Source: Guillardia theta CCMP2712 (taxonomy: Eukaryota; Protista; Cryptophyta). From it: 64,000 nt of DNA. Shown piece by piece: positions 52,985 to 62,683 of this stretch. Below the pieces are notes generated by a model, which had not been told where the DNA came from, did no database searches, and was given only the letters and a program-made list of their open reading frames with translations. The position numbers were made by a program, and so were the translations under genes. Location of the stretch: NCBI RefSeq assembly GCF_000315625.1, contig NW_005434648.1, positions 676,236 through 740,235 of the forward strand. The letters run 5' to 3'. Positions within the stretch are counted from its first letter, which is position 1; each line of letters starts with the position of its first letter.

Positions 52985-54830
52985 ATGTCCGCTGTGGGTG
53001 AGAACCCAGCAGGCGCTGTTGCTCTCAAATCGATGAAAGATCAAGTTTTGTTTTCCTTCAAACGCACACACGAGATGTTTGCGGCAAATCATGGGTCCCG
53101 TCTGTCAGATATCGATGAAGCGAAGAAGTTGCGAATGTCGATGAAGCTTCGCGATGAATATTGGGTGGTTAAGGACTTGCCTCCTCCACAACCGGTCGCA
53201 ACCAACAAAAGTGACAAGGCGAAGCCACCAGTTCCCATTTTGGAAGGTGAAGACAAAACAGCGAAAGAGCACTTGCAGAAGACAGCGATTGCGCGGGTGC
53301 ACGAGGGAGACGACAAGACCAAAGCTGGAATTCCTGGTGGCAGTGGTGGGATGCAATTGGCAGTGTACAAGCCACAGGGTTCCAGCCAGGCTCTTACTGT
53401 ACGTGGAGGCAAGGGCCTGAATATGCCACGACCGCAATGGCATGCGCCATGGAAGCTGATGAGAGTGATCTCTGGACATTTGGGTTGGGTTCGCTGTGTC
53501 GCCTTCGAGCCAGACAATCAGTGGTTCGTTACTGGCGCTGGTGATCGAACGTTGAAGCTATGGGATTTGGCTTCAGGAGAGGTAACTTAGAATATGGAGC
53601 AAGATTTTGTATATAACTTTCTATTGTGCAAAGTTGAAGATCACGTTGACGGGTCACATCAGCCCTGTCCGTGGTGTTGTGGTAAGTGATCGTCATCCGT
53701 ATATGTTCTCAGTAGGCGAAGACAAGCTTGTCAAGTAAGTTTGAACTTGCAAGTTCTATCCATTCGGTGATGTTGGTGGGTGGACTACTGACTTCATTCT
53801 GATCAGGTGTTGGGATTTGGAATGCAACAAAGTTATTCGTCATTACCATGGACATCTAAGGTTCGTTGTCTCCTTGTATCCGGTACATTGTGAATCGTGA
53901 TGGCTATTTGCAGCGGTGTTTACTGCTGTTCACTTCATCCAACTTTGGACGTCCTATGCACTGGCGGTCGAGACTCATCAGGTCTGCACGTGTCAACAAT
54001 GTTTCGCAAGAACCATGACACCAGGCAGTGCGAGTGTGGGACATCCGAACAAAGAATCAAATTTTCTGCCTCTCTGGGCACAAGGACACAGTCGCAAGTC
54101 TCCTCACACAGGTCAGAACCTCATCTTATCGTTGGTCTGCTCAATTTCTTGCAGGGAGTTGATCCTCAGATCATCTCCGGCTCTCACGATTCCACCGTCA
54201 AGCTGTGGGACCTGGCGGCTGGAAAGGCCTACGCGACCCTCACGCATCACAAGAAAGGCGTGCGAGCTCTTGCGCTGCATCCAAACAAATATCTCTTTGC
54301 ATCTGGATCTGCGGACAACTTGAAGCAGGTGAAGATCATGAGGCCTCTGCTGAGCTCAAGCTGACCCTCGCACAGTGGAAGTGCCCTGAGGGCGTTTTCA
54401 TGAAGAACGTCGACCAAACGCCTTATCGAGCTGTGGTGAACTGTATGGCGGTGAATCACGACGACGTCATGGTTGCGGGATACGATAATGGATCGATCCG
54501 TTTCATGGACTGGAAGACTGGTTACAATTTTCACACTGAACAGACGCGGGTTCAGGTGACGCGAGCGTGAGATTTTAACACGCCCTTGTGACGTATCGGC
54601 AGCCTGGATCGTTGGAGGCAGAAGCAGGCATCTTCGACTGCTGCTTCGACAAGACCGGAACTCGTCTGATCACATGCGAAGCCGACAAGACAATAAAAGT
54701 CTGGAAGGAGGTAAACCAATGACATCGGTTGTTTTGTATGGTAAGGAACGTGCAGGACGAAAATGCCACCCCGGAAACACATCCCATTGAGTGGAAGGCT
54801 GTGGCACCAGGGACTGAGAAGAGATGGTAA
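52985..54830 (+). CDS. PLRG1: Pleiotropic regulator 1 / Prp46 WD40 splicing factor
   Basis: [90 protein letters not shown]. Confidence 0.96.
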
Positions 54831-54910
54831 ATGTGTGCGGAGTTTTGCTCACAGCAGTTGTTGATCGGCAAGGATTGATTTCTTGACATGCTCTTCTGGA
54901 GCAAGTCATT

Positions 54911-57450
54911 TCATTGCATAGATCGCAGTCGCTTCAACCGTACGTGCCTCTTCTTTGTCGCCTCATCATCTTTCGCACCCGAGGAGGAAAGTTTTCGCAG
55001 TCCCTCTATCACCCGAGCATCAAAGTCCTTGAGTTTGTCTACCCGACGACTTGCGTGGCGATCCATCCGCGAGAGGAAGCTCTGCATGTCGTTGCGATTC
55101 AGCCGCGTCCTAGGAGCAGCCCCCAGCATATCCGGCTCGCCCTCCTCCTTAAGCTTCTTGTCCATAAGCTTCGCCTTCCTCTCCTCGTTCCACTTGTTGA
55201 GCCGCTTGCAAGAGATGTCAGTTGCACCCACCGGGAGCGAGGGAGTCACCTCGATGAGGTTGGACACGTCCTTGACGCTGCTGGTCTTCTGTCTGCCTGG
55301 CTCCGTGAATCGGAACCTGGGAGGCAGCTGAGGGATGGCAGTGTTGAGATCTCGTAACATTTCAGTTCGAGACTCGTAGACTTTCTTGCTTCCCGTGATC
55401 TTTATCGAAGATTTTCTTTGGGTTCCGTCCATGCCGAGCTTGCTATAAATCAAGTCAGACATGACGAGCAGGATGGTTGGAACCTGAAGAGCTCTTTCAT
55501 TCCCGGTCTACGAATCTTCACTCGCGTTCCTTCCACATACAGCTTGCTCGCAATCGTCCTTGGCATTGCGATCTCGCTTTCTCCACGGTGAATCAGTCGC
55601 CACTGCCCGGTATCGCACGCTCCTTCCCTGGAGTCTCCGACTATGTGCGCATCGTCTTGGACGGCAGCAGAGCTTGGTGCGTATTCTTGAGCGTCTTCCT
55701 CCTGCTCGGAGCATGCTGATCGAGATCGCCGGAGGCTGCAGCAGCTGGGTCGCAGCTGTGGCTTGTGGTCGACCATTACACGGATGGTATCGTAGAGGCA
55801 GCGGTAGCAGAGCTTCTCAGTGACGGCGGTAGACGGGGACATATCTGGGCTCGAGTTGATCTCGATCAGCCAGACACGAAAGTCTCGATCGATGAGGAAG
55901 TCGTAGCCGAACAGCTCCGAGCTTCCCTTGCGGTTCTCCAGCAGGTCCTGTGCGCACATGACAGCCCAGATTGAGATGGACTGAAGCTGGGGGAGAATTT
56001 TTTCTTGCCAGACACTCTCCTGCAACTCAGTCACAGGCAGTCCAATAGGGTTGACTGCACCTGCCCCGTCGACGTCAGCCAGTTCTTGAAGGCGTCGAGA
56101 TCCCACATCGATTCGTCTACAGCCTTTGTTGGAGCTACCAACACGCTCAAAGCAAAGCTTACCTCTCCTTTCTTCAAAATCTGACGCTTCTTTCTGCACA
56201 CAATTATTACAAAGATGAGAGAAGCGATCGGTCAGAGTCTCTGAATTGTAGTCGGAGAGAGCAAAGCGAAGGTAACACTCGTCATAGAACCACACAGTGA
56301 GAGGATTCCAGTCGGTTACGAGAATCCACTGACGGATATCAAACTTCTTGTTGTTGATCAGCAGCGGGTTCTCGACGTACTTTTGCACAATCCATCTCTG
56401 CGAGTTAAGGCTACTTGCTCCCTTGCAGTGAGTGGTGAAGGAGAGAATGTCCGCGAGGCTTCTCTTGAGCTCAATCCCTCGTCCTCGAGACTTTCCCGCG
56501 GGTTTGACGATCCAGATATTCTCACCAACATTCATACAAGACTGCGGGTGATGATGAGAGATCCGCGAAAGTGCAGTGCGAGCTCGCGAAGCAAGGCTCT
56601 CGTAGTCTTGAACATGTGAGGAAGGAAACTTTTTGACACTTCTGCTCTCCACGTGCCTAGTGCCTTGTAAGAGAGCAACGAGACTCGATGCTTTCGTCGT
56701 CACGGCACTTTCGCATGTCTCTGCTATTTCTCCTCCTACTACGAAATGCACAGTTTCGACGGGACAAGGCTCTCCAAGGACTTCCGACCATTCTTGGGCA
56801 GACAATCTCGATCTTCCTGCTGTTGAAAGCTTGTCAGACAGGGCTGGTAATAAGCTGAGGACATGCCTGTTTCTTCGTCCTCTTCAATGTCTTCAAGGTC
56901 TATCGCTCGCACCAAGTCTTCACATGCGATCAAAGCCAAGACGGCTTTTTGAAAGTCTGGGGACTGGGTTGAAGGACGAGCGTCTCGAGGAAGCTTGTCT
57001 GCATGAGCAAGAAAGCTGGAGAGGAGGTTTTGAGCTGCGAGATTCATGAAATCTTCAACGAACGTGGCCACATCCTCTGAGTCATCGAGATCATAGCTCC
57101 TAGGAAAGAAGCTATCAGAATCAACGTCTTCAAACCAAGACAACGCTCTCAGGCTCTTTGAAAGTCCAACTTTGGTTGTCACATGTCGATTTTTGGCGAA
57201 GTGATTGACAATTTGATGAGGATTCAGCCTTTGAAAGTCAATTTCTGATGTCTTGACTGTCCATTTTAGATCAAACCCGAATTCATCTTTCTGTGTGCAT
57301 TCTGACCAACCCCGGTCCAGAAGTGCGTCGCGAACTCCAGGAAAGTTACCACAGATGACGAACTTTTTCCTTGTCATGAATTAAATTTGGAATCAATACC
57401 TTCTTGACATTGTTCTTTGAGAAAGAAGAAAATCCTCCTTATTACAGTGA
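54911..57450 (-). CDS. Tubulin glycylase, TTLL3/TTLL8-like
   Basis: VRDALLDRGW, QIVNHF..TTKVGL, FFPRSYDL, NIWIVKPAGKSRGRGI, VQKYVENPLLI, KFDIRQWILVTDWNPLTVWFY, WLIEINSSP. Start approximate. Confidence 0.88.
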
Positions 57451-57794
57451 TACAGTGCAGCAGGTTCAAAGTCTTACGTCGTTTCATATGTTCATTTCTG
57501 TATATTCCTCATCTTATTCGTAGGTAGATACTTTTGTTAGTGTGTCATTCATTTGCTTGCTGTCTGATGATTTCAAAGTTGTTGAAGAACATCTTCGAAG
57601 CATTCTTCCATTGTCGTTCTCATCGCTTTTTTCTGTTTCAACTACCAATTCCTGTGGAAGCCTTGGAAATCAGCGCATTTCCAACTGAAACACGACCCCC
57701 CCACCCCCACCCCTTGTACGACAGTATGGTCCCCTTCGTACTGATTTTTAACTTAACTTTGAGTAAAGATTGAAAGACTCCGCCGCCGGCCGCA

Positions 57795-57916
57795 TTTTAG
57801 AGTTTCGGGTTTCGGGTTTAGGGTTTCTGGACCGGGGGTTGTAGTAGTAGTAGTAGTCGATTTTATTAGAATGCTAGAGTAGTTTAGGGTTTAGGGTTTA
57901 GGGTTTAGGGTTTAGG
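57795..57916 (+). repeat. Degenerate plus perfect telomeric-type repeats, tract 1
   Basis: TTTAGAG-TTTCGGG-TTTCGGG-TTTAGGG at ~57796-57823, (GTA)n at ~57841-57857, then (TTTAGGG)4-TTTAGG at 57883-57916. Confidence 0.9.
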
Positions 57917-58043
57917 CGGTTATTCCAGGCACCATGGCGGTTATTCCAGGCACCATGGCTGCACGCGTGGTGTAGGGGAAGCTGCCAGGGCGCCAAGGAA
58001 GCTGCAAGCGAGAGGTTTGTATACTTCAAATAGCTTTCTAAGT

Positions 58044-60169
58044 ATGGTTCTTCAGTATGATGAAAATGTTCGCAACCTGCTGTATCGGAGATCATGCCAA
58101 TACACGCAGAGCGGACTTGTGGATGCCTCTGTCCTCGAAGCTGATCTCGTCGAGAGGGTGAAGAGCTTCGCGAAGCGTTATCCGAACAGCAGGACAGCCC
58201 AGGCTTGCAAGGCTGTGGAGGGATGCACCCCCGACGCTATCGCAGAAGCCATCCGCTCGACATGTCAGCAGGCACGACGTGAGCTTCTCCAAGAAGCGAT
58301 GACTGGATGGAGTGACGCATCCAGAGAGTGGTTTATGCAGCAGATTGAAGAAGCCAAGAAAGAGAAGGTCGAGACATACACCGCCTCAGCAGGCAACGAG
58401 GTGACTTCCTTCATCTCCATGACTCTCCTGGGCATCTCCTCGGTGTATGTCAACCATGAAGAGAAGCTGAAGAAGAAATTTGAAGAGATCGGACTGATCG
58501 TAGACTCAGTGCAAGAGAGTAAAGCAATCATGTGGAAGGCTCCGTATAGACCCGAGATAGCGAGTGCTGAGGAGATCCCGGTGACTGTTTCCTTCCTCCG
58601 CAATGCACAAGCGGAGAAGCTCTGGCAGGGAAGAGAGGACTTCGCGATCGATGGTCGCAAGTTCACAGCTGTACATGTGAGCATCGTGCACGATCGATCT
58701 TTCAAGATTCGAGCCAAGAGAGGACCCTGGGGCAAAGGGGGCAGCTTGGCAGAGCTGACTCACCTGCTAACCTTGGGCGGCATGACAACGGCTGAGATAG
58801 CTGCCGTCTATCGCTATCAGCTGCTGCGCCAGTCCCTTGCAGCGGTCCAACTCCAGCCGCTGGCAGGCATGCTGGTCGCTGGGGCGCCAGGACAGCAAGT
58901 CCACAAAGGCTTAGGTCAGAAAGGCTTCATCGCTGTAGGGGCCAACGTCATCTGGAGACAGAGGGAGGTGGAGTGGATCGTCTCCTCGAGCTGCCCAGAG
59001 GCGAATGATACAGCATTTCGAGCTTTCCGAGAGAGCGAAGCGATGGAGGGAGTACACCTGACTCTGTTCAGCGAGGACCCGAAGATCAGAGAGGCGCTCG
59101 CAGTCGAGTTGACAGCTGATCGCTTTGTGTCCAGAAATAAGTTGAAGAAGGCATCAAGGATGCAGAAGAAGGCAGGCGGCAAGGACGGCAAGGAAATCAA
59201 GATCATCATCAAGTCGACGGCGGCATCTGGTCGCTTCACGAGGAAGGAGATGGAGGGGCTGTGCAACGGCGGCAACACGTCTATCGCAAGAGTCAAGAGA
59301 GTCTTGTTGGAGATCGCTAACAGGCTCGAGATCAACGTTGAAGGCATCGACATGGAGGAGGATTTGAACACCAAGTCCTGGAACGGGTCCAAGCTATGCA
59401 TCCTCCTCGGCTCCACGGAGGATGCTCGACGCATGATGAAGGAGCTGCCCTTCTATCTCGAAGGCGCAGCAACCAAGCTCGAAGCAGTCGGCTTCGACAA
59501 GGAGCCTGACTCTGAGGCGGCTGGTCAGCGGGGCACCAGCGACGCAGCGCAGCGACAGGAGGAGAGCGAGGGAGAGTGGCTGGAGTTTACAGACCTGGAG
59601 AGGATCACAATGGAGGCAGCATCTCCGTCAAGCCAAGGGGACATGCAGCTCGTCAGCGAGCTGTCAGCAGTCATCGAAGAGGCAGCTTCTTTGAACGAGG
59701 CAGGGACGAGCGAGCCGATCAAGCTGGTCCTGGACAAGGCCGTTGGCAACCTCCACGACACGTTCTACTCTCCGGGGAGCCTGGAGTTCATGTCGCTGGG
59801 AGAGTGGGCGAAGATGCCAACGTTCTCAAGGAGAAGCTGGGGAAGTGGCTGCAGAGCAAGCGCTGGACTCGCGTGCAAGGAGAGAGCAAGAAGGCAAGGA
59901 GGGGCAGCGCGTTCTCGCCACGGGCAACGGCAGCTGCTGAGCTTGAGCAGGAGGCGGAGAGCGACGACATAGAGCGTCGATCTCTTAGCTTCCTGTTCAT
60001 AGCACTGAGTAAATTCGCAGAGATGCATGTGCTGGCCTGCTCGCTGAAGGTGGACAAGAAGGACCGACTGCGAGTGGAGATGAGGGAAGATGACGAAGAA
60101 GAGGAAGACATGGAGGAAGAGCAAGGCGAGGGCGAGGAAGAAGACGGGGCGAGCCCGTACCGAGCTTGA
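58044..60169 (+). pseudogene. ORF1 of unit 1, with a frameshift near 59810
   Basis: Homology to the unit 2 ORF1 runs in the 58017 frame up to SLGEWA, then continues in the -1 frame (LKEKLGKW..SAFSPR..FLFIALSKF) to the stop at 60169. Confidence 0.75.
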
Positions 60170-60194
60170 GCTGAGCTCAAGGTAAGGAGAGAAG

Positions 60195-60356
60195 GTAGGA
60201 GGCGACCGAAGGCCAAGGTGAGGAGAGGCAACTCTCCTGACTGAGGCTGAGGAAGCTGAATGGAGGAGGAGTAGGGGGCGACCGAAGGCCAAGGTGAGGA
60301 GAGGCAACTCTTCTGACTGAGGCTGAGGAAGCTGAATGGAGGTAGAGTAGGTGGCG
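60195..60356 (+). repeat. 76-nt tandem repeat x2 plus a truncated third copy
   Basis: GGCGACCGAAGGCCAAGGTGAGGAGAGGCAACTCT.. at 60201 and 60277; the third copy GTAGGTGGCG runs into GGTTTAGGG. Confidence 0.9.
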
Positions 60357-60388
60357 GGTTTAGGGTTTAGGGTTTAGGGTTTAGGGTT
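60356..60388 (+). repeat. Telomeric-type repeat tract 2, GGG(TTTAGGG)4TT
   Basis: Directly visible. Confidence 0.95.
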
Positions 60389-60460
60389 CCTTATTTCCTG
60401 GCAGGTTCCTTATTTCCTGGCAGGTTCCTTATTTCCTGGCAGGTTCCTTATTTCCTGGCA
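60385..60460 (+). repeat. 19-nt tandem repeat GGTTCCTTATTTCCTGGCA x4
   Basis: Copies at 60385, 60404, 60423 and 60442. Confidence 0.95.
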
Positions 60461-60535
60461 TGCAGATTTGCGGTACCCCTGCGCTGGTGGAGTAAGAGCC
60501 GCCAGGAACGACGGAAGCTTGGGAAACCATTGAGA

Positions 60536-62683
60536 ATGCTCCGAAGCATGTGGCCAATATCTATTGTGAACCCTGACGAGATCGTGCAGTACCGTACCTC
60601 CAGCTACCTCAAGAGGCAGACGGAAACTGGAACGATGCCGTCACCAGCTGAGCTTGTGCGACGACTGGATGACTTCGCAAGGCAGAATCCCAAAAGCAGG
60701 ACGAGCAAAGCTCTGAAAGCCAAAGAGATATCCTTGGAAGCCTTAGCCGAAGCCATCAGTCACACATGCAGCTTTGCTGAACCTTCACCACTGGAGAGTC
60801 TGAAAGGTCTCGGGCAGTGGGGTGATGATGCCAGGCAGTGGTACCTGTCCGAATTTCTAGCAGACAGGCAACGGCAGATGGAGGCCAGGTCTTATGATGA
60901 CCAGGGCACGAGTGTGCAGACGATTACCATGAAGGTACTAGGGATACCTGCATACTTCTCCAGACAGGTTGAAAACTTATGCGTCAAGCTGGAAGAGCAA
61001 GGCTTGATCGTAGATCAGACGCAAGACAGCAGGAGTTTGATCTTCAAGGCTCCCCTCAAGCCTGACCTGGCGAAGGCAGAAGAGATCCCAGCAGTGATCA
61101 CCTTTGTCCGCAACGAGGCGGCAGAGAAATTCTGGAAAGGAGAAGGTACCTTTAAGGTGGCTGGAAGGAGGATCCTAGCAGTGAACCCAGCAGCCAACCC
61201 ACCGATCTCGTTCAAGATGCGACCAAAGAAGGAGAACATGGGCAGAGTCGGAATCCTAGCGGAGGTGGCCCAACTCCTTAAGCTCAATGATTCGAGTACA
61301 GGTGATATATGTGAGATCTACAGGCAGTTGTGCTTGAAACAGGGCCTAGCAATTATCGACCTGATCCCAAACGCGGGAATGACAGTGAACCTCCCCCCCA
61401 AGAGGAACCTGCCGCCAAAGAAGGTGTTTGCAGCGGTAGGAATAGACACAGTCAACCAGAACAGAGAGGTAGACTGGATCGCGACTTGTTCGAGCCTGGA
61501 AGTAGCGGACATCGTCCTCCAGGCATTCGATCGACATGGAAAAGATCGAGCAGGAGTCACTTTGGGATTGGTCTCAGAGAATGACAAAATACTGAAATGG
61601 TTTTCAGTTCAAATGGAAGCAACGACTATGCTCAAGCATACGAAGAATGCTGTGCGACAGGAGGCGGCAACGGCAACGGGGGCAGAGATGCTGTACTCAG
61701 TGCAAATCTCCTCCCCAGTGCCATCAGGGAAGTTCTCTCGAAGTGAGATTGAAAAAATCTGCGCCAGTGACGAAACGGGCAGAGCCAAAGTCATCCGAAA
61801 CATCCGGAGGTCTGTCGCATGCTGGGACCCACAGGTTGAAAAAGAGCTGCAACGGGTACACATCCAATGTGACGCAGAGACGGGGATGTGGGATGGGTCT
61901 GGAATTATTCTCAGGCTACGAAGTGAAAGGAGTGCAAGAAAGATGATGGCTGAATTCCCCACACACCTTCTCTGCTGGCAAGGCACAGTTGAGATCCAGA
62001 CGACAGCAAGTAGTCTGAACCTCAAAGTGTCGCCTCAGGCAACACAGGATCAATCTGACCAAGCCAGATCACAAACGCCGGGAACCAGAGCAGGCGGAAC
62101 CGTGTGGAAAGAGATTGAACTGAACTCAATCATCAACGAAACAAACCTGCCCGACGCGGAAGCAGAGGTAGTAATTGCTGAGATCAAGACAGCTATCGCG
62201 GAAGTAGTTAACAATGACCTACAACAGCAAGGAAAGACCTTACTTCGTCTTGACGATGCTGTGCACGACATGCAGGTCGCCTTAGACAGTCCAGGCAACG
62301 CGTCCTTCTCCACGCTGCAAGAATGGGCTGATAAAGGCACTGGAGCGACATGGGATACCCAGAGTAAGGGCTTCAAAGAGCGAGTCCAACGAATCGTTGA
62401 GAAGCATACATGGAAGGTCGCGAAGCGCAAGCAAAGCGCTTTTGCCCCCAAAGAAGAGAAGCAGTTTAAGACTGACCTGCTCTTCATTGCATTGAATAAA
62501 TTCCTAGAGGAGACAGTAATCTCTTCGGTAGGAATGCTGGGAGATAACGACGAACTAAAGTTCATGTTGAGCACTGAACTACAGATGAAAGAGGCCGGAA
62601 TGGAAGAGGAACCGGAGGAAGGGAGCAAGGCGGACGACGCAGAGGGGATGTCACTAGACTCCCCCCCTGCGGCACAAGCTTAA
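60536..62683 (+). CDS. ORF1 of unit 2 (~715 aa, putative RNA-binding/gag-equivalent)
   Basis: Intact intronless ORF, collinear with the unit 1 ORF1 (EEQGLIVD/EEIGLIVD, KAEEIPA/SAEEIPV, QNREVDWI/RQREVEWI, SGKFSRSE/SGRFTRKE, LFIALNKF/LFIALSKF). Confidence 0.85.
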   Translation: MLRSMWPISIVNPDEIVQYRTSSYLKRQTETGTMPSPAELVRRLDDFARQNPKSRTSKALKAKEISLEALAEAISHTCSFAEPSPLESLKGLGQWGDDARQWYLSEFLADRQRQMEARSYDDQGTSVQTITMKVLGIPAYFSRQVENLCVKLEEQGLIVDQTQDSRSLIFKAPLKPDLAKAEEIPAVITFVRNEAAEKFWKGEGTFKVAGRRILAVNPAANPPISFKMRPKKENMGRVGILAEVAQLLKLNDSSTGDICEIYRQLCLKQGLAIIDLIPNAGMTVNLPPKRNLPPKKVFAAVGIDTVNQNREVDWIATCSSLEVADIVLQAFDRHGKDRAGVTLGLVSENDKILKWFSVQMEATTMLKHTKNAVRQEAATATGAEMLYSVQISSPVPSGKFSRSEIEKICASDETGRAKVIRNIRRSVACWDPQVEKELQRVHIQCDAETGMWDGSGIILRLRSERSARKMMAEFPTHLLCWQGTVEIQTTASSLNLKVSPQATQDQSDQARSQTPGTRAGGTVWKEIELNSIINETNLPDAEAEVVIAEIKTAIAEVVNNDLQQQGKTLLRLDDAVHDMQVALDSPGNASFSTLQEWADKGTGATWDTQSKGFKERVQRIVEKHTWKVAKRKQSAFAPKEEKQFKTDLLFIALNKFLEETVISSVGMLGDNDELKFMLSTELQMKEAGMEEEPEEGSKADDAEGMSLDSPPAAQA

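Larger units (their letters stand above)
57915..60356 (+). mobile_element. Putative telomere-repeat-targeted retroelement, unit 1 (ORF1-only, non-autonomous)
   Basis: Bounded on both sides by TTTAGGG tracts. 5' 21-nt tandem repeat x2, ORF1 paralogous to that of unit 2, 3' 76-nt tandem repeats, no introns. Confidence 0.65.

Noticed and set aside
59790-59830. Programmed -1 ribosomal frameshift in unit 1 ORF1
   Set aside because: No X XXY YYZ slippery site, and the paralogue is continuous and longer here, which favours a deletion.
60221-60266. Hammerhead ribozyme in the 76-nt repeat
   Set aside because: The core resembles CUGA..GA..GAA but has an extra nucleotide, GAAU instead of GAAA, and no properly placed NUH/stem III. 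Kept only as a generic structure.
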